Source: Octopus bimaculoides
Taxonomy: Eukaryota
Direction: 5' to 3'
Assembly: GCF_001194135.2 (NCBI RefSeq)
Contig: NC_068984.1
Location: 60,949,859 to 61,013,858 of the forward strand
Length of the DNA: 64,000 bases
Shown here: piece after piece, positions 15,106 to 28,417 of the stretch
How the letters are laid out: each line of letters starts with the position of its first letter
Position numbering within the stretch: the stretch's first letter is position 1
Position numbers and translations under genes: made by a program
The notes under the pieces: generated by a model
Told to the model about the DNA's origin: nothing
Database searches by the model: none
The model's input: the letters and a program-made list of their open reading frames with translations, nothing else

Positions 15106-16054
15106 TCATGTCTGAAATAAAATGACGGGACAGTCACAGCGGGAACCTAGTTCATCAAAGGTTTGCTCGATTGGAGTTGATATTGAGTCAGGTGAGAACA
15201 GCAAGTATGAAAACTGCAACAGAGAACTTTCCTCATACATGTTAGTTTTCTGACTTGAAAAGTCGGGTCGCTTGAATTCCAGTTTCATATCGTTTAAAGG
15301 ATGATGAGGGTTTAAGATAATTATGTATACTGTTGGCGATTTACTGCAGGTAACATTCACAAAGGGACATCTTATGCCAGGTAAATTTTGGTATGAGTAT
15401 GAAAATGTACGTTTTAGATTTCCAGAGAAACTGGTGCTTTGGATTTAAACTTACAGCCTGAGAATTTGTAAATAAATCAATATTTTACTTTCTACCACTG
15501 GCTTCATAATTCTACTGGGATTGAATTATCTATATAGAAGTTTTAATCAATTTGTTAAAATATAATTATCAGCACAATGTGTTAGAACACTTTTTAAAAT
15601 TTCGCATATCTGGCAATGAATGAATAGTCATTTGAGAATTACTTCAACGTATCTGAAGATTTCTCTATGCAGTCGACCGACCTGATAGAAACAGAATTAA
15701 AATCAACCTCAGATCATTTGTATAGTCTAATATGAAAAATAATACAGTGGCGAGATGCCCATAAGATAGGAAATATGGCTTCTTATGTATATGTGAAATT
15801 CATTTAATTATAGGCCTGCACTATCAAAGTTGACTTGACGCTAAACACATACAAATGTCGCCACCATCGATAACACGAATAACAAAGATAATAATAAGCT
15901 TATTGTTGTGGAGCTGAAGAGGGAGATGTCCATAAGATTGCCAGAATATGAAACATTCCACCCACAGGAGGGGAATAAATAAATAATTATATAACATTAA
16001 CCGGTTAATTAGTATAAAAATATGCTTTTGGAACAAAAATAGACATCCCTTCAA
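15106..16054 (-). pseudogene. Decayed cadherin-repeat-like coding relic
   Basis: ORF 15824-16054 ends LIIIFVIRVIDGGDICMCLASS, with a shifted STLIVQ, resembling YxLxVxAxDGG.P.LSS.xxLxV. ORF 15106-15360 has TVYIIIL...LNDMKLEF...MYEES. Confidence 0.4.
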
Positions 16055-16540
16055 TTTCGAACATATAAAACAGAATCAATATGAAATTAGATTAAATGTG
16101 TTAAATGTTTTCTAAAAAAATATTGAAAGCTCAAACATGTACACATACACAAAAGAGAAAACACGAATAGTATTTTTGTTAGTGATCCATTAAAAACAAT
16201 TAAATAATTAAGAATAACATCAAGATATACTACAGGAGGTATCAATACATAAATATTTCCAGCCTTGAATTTTCCTATCATTCGAGGCAGAATGAAAATT
16301 GGCTATGCTATGAATACATTTGAAAACTGGCAACTGATGCTTGGAAGTTGGCCAATCTACTTCCAGAGAACAGTTGTAAGTCAATGTAAGTCAAGGGAAT
16401 TTGATCTAAGTTCATTTACATGTGAAGTAATGAATGTCTAAGAAAGTAACCAGATTGGCACCAGATATTCTTCTGCATAAGATATTGTGTTAATTAAAGG
16501 GTTGCACATTACTCATAGTCAGTTACTAAAGACAGCTGAA

Positions 16541-16639
<99 letters not shown>

Positions 16640-16719
16640 NNNNNNNNNNNNNNNNNNNNNNNNNNNNNNNNNNNNNNNNNNNNNNNNNNNNNNNNNNNNN
16701 NNNNNNNNNNNNNNNNNNN

Positions 16720-16760
<41 letters not shown>

Positions 16761-17254
16761 TACGGTTATTGCAAAGTCCTTGAGCCAATTAAAATTTGTA
16801 TAACTCTATTTGTACATGATATGTATATATGGTAGAATTAGTCTGTGGAAATTATAAGTGAAAGAATGTTATATTTTTAAATAATTTTCTTCTTGAGACA
16901 GGAGATCTCAAGAAGGCCAAGATTATTTCGTATGTAACCGTGATGCCATTGTGAAATTCTACAAATACATTTTGCAGATTATTGTTCGTTGAACTGTGAA
17001 TCAATTCAGTTAAACAGTTATTATTCACTACCAGTCATATATAGAACGCTGTGTGGTATCCTGCAACCTTTCAGGCTCAAAATAAACATGGCTGTTTTTT
17101 AGGAGAAAGCGATATAGAAAGAGGTAGAACGCGGGGAAAGCTGGAAGAAACGAAGAGAGAAACGAGAAAATCTTGAAAGTAAGGGTTACAAAAATGAGCC
17201 TAATCTGGATTGGGATGGTGTCTCCAGTTCGATAGTTGAAACTTGTCCACATCT

Positions 17255-17590
17255 TTTATCTTTAGCTTTTACTGGTTTCAGTCATTAGACTGTGGTCATT
17301 GTGGCCCGCCTTAGATTTTAGTCGAACGAATCAACCCGCAGTATTTATTTTTTTTATAACCTGATACTTATTCTATCAGTCTCTTTTGCTGAACGGCAAC
17401 ACACCAACACCGGTTGTCAAGCGGTGTTTGGGGACTAACACAATGTCACACACACGCTCGCGCACACACACACAGACACACGCACATATTCGATGAACTT
17501 CTTTCAGCTACTGTGTACCAAATCTGTGCTAGGACGGCATTGGTCGGCCTGAGGTTATAATAGAAGCCACTTGCTCTAGGTATCCGCTGG
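17255..17590 (-). mobile_element. Composite SINE of the second octopod family, antisense
   Basis: tttcagtcattagactgtgg...caccggttgtcaagcgg...ttctttcagc...accaaatc...gaagccacttgctctaggt. The same family occurs at 25075-25290, 36520-36685 and 41525-41637. Confidence 0.8.
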
Positions 17591-17972
17591 AGTTCTTTGA
17601 TTTAAAAAATAATATAAGTTTTTTCAGCTATACAAAGCGGGAACCTGCTTGATCCATTATTATATAGCGTGTATCGTTTATAGTTGCCTCACTTGATGGT
17701 GTGTGGGGTGTTTTTGGCATTTAGGTCCCAGATGTGACATACTAGCTTATTGCTTTTCTTCCTGTTTACGTGCCGAAGTGAAGATTGGTGTTTAGTACGT
17801 CTTATTTTAAAGTCACTTGCACATAATCCAATATCTTTTCATTTCAGTTTCATTATTTGGTAAAACTGAGGTGACGTTGCCTTGTATAAGCTAACCATGC
17901 ATGCCTTATCGATCAGGCAAGTATCTAGGTTTCTAAAATTACATATTGAAGTGGGTGCTGGGTGTAACTTAC

Positions 17973-18005
17973 GTGTAATACTGTATTTTGAAGTGGGTGC
18001 AGTAG
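17973..18005 (-). CDS. Candidate 33-nt symmetric micro-exon (phase-1 reading xTAPTSKYSIT, Thr/Ser/Pro-rich)
   Basis: The minus strand reads taaatttcttacag|CTACTGCACCCACTTCAAAATACAGTATTACAC|gtaagt, with consensus acceptor and donor and a length divisible by 3. Confidence 0.35.
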
Positions 18006-19064
18006 CTGTAAGAAATTTATGTGGAACGTCTATTAAAAAAAATTCTTATAACTGCGGTTATCAGGGAAATGCTTATCATTCGATACTAGGAACTTCCTAC
18101 GCATGTTTGTCTCAGCATTCAATGAGAAATCAAGTAGGCGAACCATATAAGAAATAATATTTTGGATTATATAAATGTGACTATAAAAATGATATATCAT
18201 TGAACCCAGTACTTGACTGATACTTTATTTGATTGTACCGGAAGGGATAAATGGTTGAGATGACCTCGGTGGATTTTGAACTCTGAATGCAAAGACGATC
18301 TAACGATTCTGCACGCATATACGTCATTATAAAAATATTTCTAAACTACATATATATGATATTACGGGGTGGTATTCTTATCATACTACAAAATAACATG
18401 TTGCAGGATAATTGAAGTATTGGGTTCACGCAGTAAGTGAAACTATACAGAGGCCACAAATTGTACGGAAACTCTTTTTAACCGCTGATGCTTCAGTAGT
18501 GTTGGTATTGAAAATCATTTTAGAAGATAGTATGTTCTTTCTATGGTATAATTGAGCTATTTAATAAAAGAAAAACTTATCATATAGCAAACGCATGTAA
18601 TCTTTCAAATACATAAGAATAAAATCTGAAACTAAAAATCCATTTTACCAGCTATTAAATATTAAAAAAAAAAAAATATCATATACATTTATTAAAAAAT
18701 AAGTTTTGAATAATTGCTTACTGTACATTGAAAATAAGCAGATCATTGCACTCTCTCATAAATTTATCCTCTTTTATTAGTTAAAAAATATTTCTTTCAC
18801 CAAAGTTATCTGAAAAAAAAAACTGAAAGAAGAAAACACATTACAAAGATTACCAATATAATTTTTATCAATAATTTTACATTTGATTCTCAGTCCGACA
18901 AGACATACTTTAAGGCATCTTTGGTATTTGAATAAAACCTGTATTCTGTTCCGTTGCAATAAACTGGTATGGAAACAATTTGAAAGGAACTTTCTTCAAT
19001 ATTTATTATTACTTTTTATTTTCACTCCGGAAAGAAAGACTTCTCGTAGAAAAGTTGTTTATAC

Positions 19065-19130
19065 CTTGCTTTCGTTCAAGTAATTTTTAACGTTTACAAT
19101 CTTTTTCTTTGTATCTCCAACATTTTCAGT
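19065..19130 (-). CDS. Candidate 66-nt phase-0 exon (TENVGDTKKKIVNVKNYLNESK)
   Basis: The minus strand reads cattatttttcag|ACT...AAG|gtataa. Only phase 0 is open. Confidence 0.3.
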
Positions 19131-20990
19131 CTGAAAAATAATGTATTTTTTTTCAGTGTTCTGTGATAAATCTAAAAGGGTAAAGAAATAAGCAGTTGAT
19201 AACAGGTATCTATTATATGTTGCACACTTATAAAAAGAAATTAGATCATGTTAAAAAAGAGCAAACATTCTTTAAAATAGCTGCAGAATCGTTACCAATA
19301 TTCACTTGATAATTTGGAATTGGTTTGAACAAGTTAAAAGTGTAATAATAGTGTGTTTGATTCAGCTGTTATATACTACCATATCTGCAATATTTTTCTA
19401 TTTCCTGCTATGCAGACGCAGCTTCGTGAACTTTAGTGCAATGACAAACAATATATATTTTCTAAAATACATATATTTTAGAATAAAATTCGAGCTTAAA
19501 ATGGCCTGGCGAATAAAGCATAAGGCAGCCAATACATAAAGTCGAATTAAGATCTTGGAGGTCTTTGAGCTACACACAGTGTAAAGGCTGCATGAATATT
19601 TTCAAAGGGAATGATGTTTTCTGCATTGTGTGATTCCTGCATGCATTCATGCATACATACATACATGCGTGCATACATACATACATGTCCAAACAGCTCC
19701 TGATATTGTCAATCTATTGCATTCTTTGCCTGCTTCTTGATTTAATGCCTTCTACTCTACCTTCCATGATAACGTTTCCCAAACTTCTCAAACTTCTGCT
19801 TCTTCGAATATAGCCAAAATGAATGAGTTTTTATATTTTACAATATTCAGGAGTTGTCTTTCACTTAATTGTTTTGATATCCAATCATTAGTCCGATGGA
19901 CTTTGTAAGAAATTCGTAACATACTCCTATACTCTCACATTTCAATAGTAACGGCTCATCGGACTTGCTGACTGGAAGCACATAATCTCTTTACTGATAG
20001 AGTTACTATATAGTCTCGGTCAGCTTGGTGATGAAAAAAAAAAACAAAAAAACAAAACGAAACAAAAAATGCGAGAGGGAAGGAAGAGTTTTCCCCGCTC
20101 TATACGATTGCAGCTTGTTCGTCTTGTATCGGAAGAAGTGTGACTTGATAATTACTTTTATTTTGAAACTTAGAGTATAGAAAAACTTGCAGTCATATTA
20201 CGATTCCGATGAATAATTTTCTTCCAATTTTTCACAACCGAAGATTTGCCGGAGTTAAAACGTGATTTGTTAGATCATACACAGTAACTGTTTTTCCATT
20301 TATGCACGTACATTTCAGAGCTGAAACGTTTGTGTCATCAAAAATTGAAAGTATTTCAATAAAATTAAAAATGGATTTACTCCTAGTTCTCCTCGCGTGG
20401 AATTATTATCTCGAGTAGGGCAATGTCTTTTGAGAACATTGGCATTTTCAAACTGTATTTATATAATTTAGAATTATTTTATTTTAGCAATTATCTTTCC
20501 TTTTCTATTATTTACGGAAATACCTCTCACTCGACATCTCACACTTTATGAATCAGATTGAGCCAGGTAAATTTTTCTTGTCCAAAACCCTAGAGCTGTA
20601 GAAATTCACTGAATTGTTATCTTATCTATTCAACTATAGAGAATTTGTAGCTTGTGATAGGTCTTCTTCAATATCTCTATTTGTGGTGCTCAATGGTTCT
20701 CGTTATAATTAATCCTTTCAACAAATATACTGATATCACTCAAAACATTGGCCCTAGTGTTTATTTCATATTAGGTCCCATTGCCTGATTGATTACATGA
20801 ATGTCTGCTCCGTAATTTCAGAAACTACGGAAAATAAATAAAACTAAAGTCTAGATTGTTCATCAAAATAAAATTTGCTTATTTTTCCTCGCTGAAACTT
20901 TGAATTTCAGGTTAGTTGGATATAAGGTATATCATTGAAGTAAATTCAACATATAATTGGAAAAGCTGGGCACGCACTCGAATATTCATG

Positions 20991-21081
20991 TCTTTCTTTT
21001 CACTACATCTTTCTTTTCACCACATCTTTCTTTTCACCACATCTTTCTTTTCACCACATCTTTCTTTTCACCACATCTTTC
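20991..21081 (+). repeat. 17-bp minisatellite (ttttcaccacatctttc) x5
   Basis: There are five adjacent units at 20997-21081, the first with one substitution. Confidence 0.95.
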
Positions 21082-24000
21082 TTGTTTCCATTTGTTTGAG
21101 AGATTAGTGCCACGTCTGCGATATAGATGAGTGATAAGATGTGAGAAGCGCACAAAGCTATCTATAGAATTCGTACATGTGATAAAATTATATGTAATTG
21201 TGATTATATAAAAGCATATATGATTTCAGGATAAGGAATCAAGATAGCGTTAAAATCAAAACCTGATTCTAAAGATGTTTCATGACTTGGCCTATTGGTG
21301 TATTTTGGAATTTAAAATATACACAACTTTTTCAAATGTAATAGAAGTCAAATTATTCTAAGATTGTTAAGAATTGAGCATGGAATTTCTCCGCTAAGTG
21401 TCACCTTTATTCTTAATACTTAAGTTATTTGTCTTTCAGTTTTGATAATCCAACATCATAATATCCATTATACTTTAATAATATAGATAAAAAGGTTCAT
21501 TGCAAATCTATAAATAAATCTTTAAGTTAATATTTTCTTCCAACTAGATCTATTTTCAAATACCAACGCAATTGTGAAAGAAATAATGCAATAAATATTC
21601 ATAAATACTGATTCGAATATTCGTTTTTAATTTTTTGCTTTATGTAGGAATGTCTCAACTATATAATTTGATTATCAATTCTATTTGAGCTCCCCTTTGT
21701 AATGCAAATTTTCTTCACCTATTCATATCAAACTTTCTATAAATGTGGATGTCATTTTCTATCAGTTTCAAATTATAATAAGGACATTTTCTCATTACGC
21801 ACAGTTGGGAAAATGAACTTATTCAAAAACTATTCGAAAAAAAAAAGACCCAACAAAAATCAAAATGCACAACGTATTAAAAATATTCAATAAATTGTAT
21901 ATTGGAATATACTTTAACAATGTAAAAATTTGAGAAAGACTATATTAGAGGACTGGTTTACGAATAATAGGTAGTTAAATACTAACTGAGTTATCAATAA
22001 GAACATATCCAGTTAATTAAAATATCTTTTAAAATCCTCTCTCACTAATGTTCTATTGGGTTTATAAACAATACAAAATTTGGAAACTCATTGGCCAGGA
22101 TTTACATTTGGTGTATCTCTGGACAGGACTCTTAAATAATATCTGTAATGAAGTGATACCCGATCTTTTGAAACAAACTACATATAATGTAATGTTTCTT
22201 GAATTATCGGTATATATACAAATATAGTTTGTTTGGTTACATAAAAGTATTTTTGATGGCGGTAATGTTTTATTGCAGAACTATCATTTTATATGTGCCA
22301 GATTTCACGCGTGGTGTGTTTGTAAATGTATTCTGCCGGACTTGTGACTTTGGAAAGAGAGATATACCGTAAATGGTACTTCCTGCATTTGTCGTTGCTG
22401 TGGCCTGCGCCAGTGTTATTTTTTCGAGTCGTTAATTTTCCTGGAGTACTTGTAAACCGATTCAAGCTGATTCATGACTTCTGTTGTTTGATGACACCCG
22501 CACCTTTCGATCGACTTTTGAATTTCTCATAAATCCATTTCTTTTGTAGCTTGTTTAACTTATTTAAGTCGGTGGGGAGAGTAATTTGGGCCGATTTTAT
22601 TTGAATTTCTTGTAAATCCAGTACAAACACGTAGAAGCATTTTGTTGCTTAGTAAGTTAAATTTAACTTATGAATACTTATTTATGAATAATAATTTTGT
22701 TTCGTAATCCGCATGAAGAGGCCAGTGCCTACATTATTAAAGATTTGGCTCAAAATACAATAGATATATCTATATAAAGAAAATTCCCCAAAATATGTCA
22801 CATTAGGCTCCCACACAAAACATCTATAGGAACTTAGGTTTTTTAGCGATTAGATCCATTAACCAGTTCAGAAGAAGATATTCTATTTTAGTCGAAAAGT
22901 TTTTCTTTAGAAGAATGTTGATTATCCCGCTAACTCAAATGAAAAGCAAAATAATAATTACTAAGAAGAAATAAAATCGCAAAAAGGACAGCTAGTTAAT
23001 CGTTTCCTGTCTATTTATGTTGTAATGTCAGTAGCTAATAGAAACAGGCACATTTTCTATTAAGGAAAGACCTGCAAAAAGGGGCATACAAGCGTAACTT
23101 CATTATTACTTAATAATTGCTATAAGTTATTCGGTGATTTTCCCTGAAAATCTTTTTGCAAGTTTATTGAATATTGTTGGAGAATTTTGATTGGATTTGA
23201 TAGCTTTTTTTCTTACATAATGGTGAATATTGCTGTTTTGATTTTATTAAATATTTCACTGGCCTCCGTTATTTAATAAAAGAATCTTTTATACTGCTAA
23301 TTGTCTTTTTGAATTATTAATCTATTATAATTTCTTTTCATTTTTTGTTGAATAAAGCAATTAATAATTCATTCGATTTAAAATTATAGCCTCCACCTTT
23401 ATAATACAATGAATTATCATATTTTCTTAAAGATTTGATTTTGGTTTATTACTTCCAGCATATTCCTCTGATAATAGAATACTGTCAGCCTTTCAGAAAT
23501 GTCATTTTTACATCAAGGTTACTTGTCATAAAGAGTGAAAGATGTTTACGATATTTTAATTATATTCTTAATTAAAAAGGTTCTACCAAAATTTATTATG
23601 ATCAATCATTTTATAAGAACGTTAATAACTGATTTGTAGCTATATTTTATACATAACACATAAGGAAATATGTATATATGTGTGTGTATGTGTGTAGTGA
23701 TAAAATAATAATTAAATGACATTTAATTAAGATTATCGCAAGTATTACATTATGCATCTATTTTATTGTCTAAATCAATCGAATTCTAGCAAGTGGTACT
23801 GATTTTCCAATGCCGGAGAGTTTAATTCAAGATAAACAGTAGATTAGAACGCATGGAAAATAAAAGCACATTGCATTCAAGAGTTAGCTATGCGACATAC
23901 AAGGGATAAATCTACCCTATAATTTTCTCTGTGGATGTCTGTGAAAATTTTACTTGTGTGCAAATTTTGTCTTTCTTTGCTAAATATGTAGGCATCCATG

Positions 24001-24569
24001 CAAGCAACCTCTTGCATGAAATTCAGTTTCATCATGAAAATTTTGTGTGTGTCCAGCTTTTCCACTTAGCTAATTGCAAGACGCAAGCGTGTGCATAAAT
24101 GCACAGCTTAGAGGAAACATCGCGAGTGATATGAAATAAATAGCGGAAGCTAAAAAAATAATGCTACTGTGCCTAACAACAAATAAAATTTACCTCCATA
24201 TCGCAAATAAATTCTCTATATTATAGGTGTCAAAATAATCAATTTTGTTGTTGTTGTTGTTTGGTCGATAGATGTCATTCATTCTTTTAAATTATAGGCT
24301 AATGACAGCATATTAATTTCGCACATTGGCTCAACGTTACAACTTTGATAGGATATTAACCGAGTGCATAATCCTTAGAATATTAGAACTACTTTTAATC
24401 TCCCCATTTTTTATTGAGGGATCAATACCAGAGCAGACTTTCTGTAGGATTCTTATTCAGAATGCGTAACGACGAAACTTATTGCTTTGAAGCACGTAGT
24501 CACTTCTCGACAACTCTGCCACATACATTCTCAACATTATATTCAGACATAGCAAAAGGAAGCATAGAC

Positions 24570-24940
24570 CTGCAAGAAATAGCAGCCACTACATGCTGTG
24601 AAAGGATTCAGTGATGATATCGGCATGGAGTTTGGCCTTGAAAAGTATGCCAAAGCCATCTTTAAGAAAGGGAAACTGGTAAAGTCAAGTTCAATCGAAT
24701 TAGATGTCGAAACAGTAATAAAGGAACTTGAGCAGGAACAAACCTATAAATACCTAGGAATAAATTAAGTTCTCTGGTATCCAGCATGCAAGCAAGAAAG
24801 AGAAGGTTAGGAAGGAATGTTATAGAAGAGTTCGAGCAGTCCTGAAGTTGTCTGAGCTGAATGCATATAATAAGGTGTTAACCATAAATTCTTTAGCAGT
24901 CTCAGTTGTTATTTATAGTTTCAATGTGCTTAACTGGAAG
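24570..24940 (+). mobile_element. Decayed R4/Dong-like LINE fragment (RT C-terminal region)
   Basis: From 24589 it reads LHAVKGFSDDIGMEFGLEKYAKAIFKKGKLV...EQTYKYLGIN*, then (frameshifted) KEKVRKECYRRVRAVLK...NAYNKVLTINSLAVSVVIYSFNVLNW. Confidence 0.85.
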
Positions 24941-25055
24941 TGGAGGCGCAATGGCGCAATGGTTAGGGCATCGGACTCGCGGTTATAGGATCGCGGTTTC
25001 GATCCCCAGACCGGAAATTGTGAATGTTTATTGAGCGAAAACACCTAAAGCTCCT
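24941..25055 (+). mobile_element. tRNA-like SINE head interrupting the LINE
   Basis: ggaggcgcaatggcgcaatggttagggcatcggactcgcgg...ggtttcgatccccagaccgg has A-box and B-box-like motifs. Confidence 0.75.
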
Positions 25056-25074
25056 CCTCCTTCTCCCACCACCA

Positions 25075-25290
25075 CCACTCACCTTTCCGATGATGCAAAG
25101 GCACACATACACACGCACACACACACACACACGACAGGCTTCTTTCAGTTTCCGTCAACCAAATCCACTTACAAGGCTTTGGCCAGCCCGATGCTATACT
25201 AGAAGACACTTGCCCAAGGTGCACGCAGCGGGACTGAACCTGGAACCACGTGGCTGGAAAGCAAACTTCTTACCACACAACCATGCCTGA
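25075..25290 (-). mobile_element. SINE of the second family, antisense
   Basis: ggcttctttcagtttccgtcaaccaaatccacttacaaggctttgg...gacacttgcccaagg...ggactgaacctggaaccacgtgg...cttcttaccacacaaccatgcc. Confidence 0.85.
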
Positions 25291-25361
25291 TGTTTAAAAT
25301 GTAGTGGGGTAACTCCCTATATAATCAGATAATTGAAATCCTTCGACAATATTCTTTCAAT

Positions 25362-25560
25362 TATAGGCACAAGGCCTGAAATTATGGTGAAGGGGCCTAG
25401 TAGATTTCATCGACCCCAGTTGAGTAATAGTTCTTATTTTATCGACGCCAAACGATGACCTTGTTTCCCTTGGTGGCATTTGAACTTGGAACGTAAAGAC
25501 GGGTGAAATGCTGCAAAGAGTTTTGCCCTCCGTGCTAATGAATCTGTCAGCTTCCTCTCT
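25362..25560 (-). mobile_element. tRNA-derived SINE, decayed
   Basis: ataggcacaaggcctgaaatt...catcgaccccag...ttattttatcgacg...atttgaacttggaacgtaaagacgg. Confidence 0.8.
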
Positions 25561-27229
25561 TAAATAAATAGTAGCAGTTATTGCTTTCAGCATTTAACCA
25601 GTTCTACCATCAACTGCTCTTGAATCCTTAGACAATGTCGACAATGCAGATTAGAGTGACTGAGTATAAGTATGTTTGGATAGCGACTATTAAGATTCTT
25701 AGGTGAAGGACAACTGTAGTGATATGGTTATTACAAAAGAACATCTCACGATGAGTAGTAAATGGTTGGGAGATGGTAACAGACAATTGAAGGCATGCAG
25801 ATATCACGAAAATAACTTAGAATGAAATCAATGAATATTAGGTAATTAAGTCACATGTTACAATGCAAACTGGACATACAGAGAAATATTCTAACAGACT
25901 TTTATAGACTATGTCACCACGAAAAACAAATATTAAGACAACGATTGTATATGTGAGTACTTCTGCGTATGTTAGAATAACACGCATACACACACAAACA
26001 CACATACATACATAATACACGCACACATATTCATAAGTTTGTGCATGCGTGCGTATTGTTATATATATATATATATATATNNNNNNNNNNNNNNNNNNNN
26101 NNNNNNNNNNNNNNNNNNNNNNNNNNNNNNNNNNNNNNNNNNNNNNNNNNNNNNNNNNNNNNNNNNNNNNNNNNNNNNNNNNNNNNNNNNNNNNNNNNNN
26201 NNNNNNNNNNNNNNNNNNNNNNNNNNNNNNNNNNNNNNNNNNNNNNNNNNNNNNNNNNNNNNNNNNNNNNNNNNNNNNNNNNNNNNNNNNNNNNNNNNNN
26301 NNNTATATATATATTGTATGTATGTATGCATACGAACACGCATGCATACACTAATATATATATATACCTGCCTATATATATATATAGACACATCCATAGA
26401 TATATATGTACACATGCATACACGCATACATATAGACATATACATACATTTATATTTATATTTATATACAGACAAACGCATATCATTTGAACTTATTCAT
26501 ATATTTCGCCTGAAAAGTAATCTTTATGTCTTCCTTTGACAATATATCAAACAAGTTTGGCAAAGGAAAAAATAAATAAGAAGAAAAATTATTCGAGAAA
26601 ATGTAATCTCGTACAAATCCCAAATGGTTGGAATTTGGCTACAGCTTCGCGATACTACAAATAAATCTTTGCTACCATTGATGGGGATAAGCAGAAAAAT
26701 GATCGAATACCATTAGATATTTTGTCTGAGTGTAGCATCTCGTCTTTCTCTACTCAAGTGCTTATGAATATTTATGGCAATCTTTTGCACTTTAAACCAA
26801 TAAAGTTATGATTTTATTAATAAGAATAATTTCCATGTCCAATATAAGTTCTGATTTTATACGAAAGTAATAGCGACTGAATGTTTTATCTAGCTACGTT
26901 ATCAGAGGCATAATGACAAGAAGGCAGGATAATCCTATTACGTATAAACCATGGATAGTTAGAATGAATTGACTCAGTTTCAATAAACTTATCTTTCATT
27001 TAATTAAAAAGCTCAAGAATTCAATATGGTTGCCGTTGTTATTTATTTATCTTAAGCGCGTCCGTAAATACTCGTCAAATCAAGATTGTTACTTGATTTG
27101 AATCCTTAATTCAAACAGCTTTCTTTACAATTCTAGCGTTGTCTTTCAAGAAAGATTGGTTGTTACCATTTCCTATTAAAGTTGTAGGATTCTTGTTCAT
27201 TTAAGAAGTGAAATAAAGAGAAAAGAGAG

Positions 27230-27445
<216 letters not shown>

Positions 27446-28103
27446 GTAACATTTCCGAACTATTAGAACCTGCCTCTTTTGTTGATTCGAAGTAATTTTT
27501 CTAAAACCTTAGTATGCCTCGATGCTTTTTACATTGTGCACCTGGCAAACACACTGGAATTGCTTTTAGAATTTACCAGAATAGCTACATGCAATGAAGA
27601 CTTTAAGGCGACAAATTAACTTAGGCTTTTGAGCATCGTTATTTGCTTCAGCTCCCTGCGCTTTGAGTTCAAATACCAACGTTTCTATTCATAAAATTCC
27701 AGTTCATGACGGTGGACTGGCGGAGATATCAGAGTGTATGAGATGTGCCTTGCAAAATTTTCTCCAGTTATTTTGTTTCTCTGAGTTCGAATGTTGGTCC
27801 TCAGTGGAATGGCATTAATAGCAAGGCTATTCCAAAGCACTGGCATTAAGCCCAATGTTACAAAAAATAAATAAAAATGAGTTTGCCTCTGTCTACAAGA
27901 CGCCAGTGAACTTTCAAAACTAATTTGACGTTATTTTATTGGACAATGCAGCAGGATTTTCTTTAAAAAAAAGTTAACTGTACATCTTATCATTAATGTA
28001 ATAAAGCATACAACTGATAGAAAATTCGCGTTGTCAAGGTCAAAAAAAAGCATTCATTTTACAACCACTGTATTTTCACTTGTTTTATTGCCATTACCAG
28101 AGT

Positions 28104-28386
28104 TTATTGTTGTTGTTGTTGTTGTTGTTGTTGCTGTTGTTGTTGTTGTTGTTGTTGTTCTTCTTCTTCTTCTTCTTCTTCTTCTTCTTCTTCTTCTTCT
28201 TCTTTATCTTCTTCTTCTTCTTCTTCTCCTTCTCCTTCTTCTTCTTCTACTTCTTCAGGTCACTACCTTCAATCGGACTCCGAATCTTGGGGTTAGTAGC
28301 CCACGGGCATATGGTGTAGTGGTTAAGAGCGCGGGCTACTAACCACAAGATTCCGAGTTCGATTCCAGGCAGTGACCTGGATAATG

Positions 28387-28417
<31 letters not shown>

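Noticed and set aside
15122-15253. Plus-strand peptide ...SIGVDIESGENSKY resembling DxDxGxN
   Set aside because: The spacing is wrong and it overlaps a minus-strand candidate. It shows that such motifs arise by chance, which is why the cadherin calls are kept at modest confidence.
20991-21081. CRISPR-like array
   Set aside because: The repeats are contiguous with no spacers in a eukaryotic context; this is a simple minisatellite.
28305-28379. tRNA gene call for the head (also 37554-37626 and 24941-25010)
   Set aside because: A and B boxes are present, but the acceptor and anticodon stems do not pair properly and the heads are embedded in repeats, so they are tRNA-derived only.
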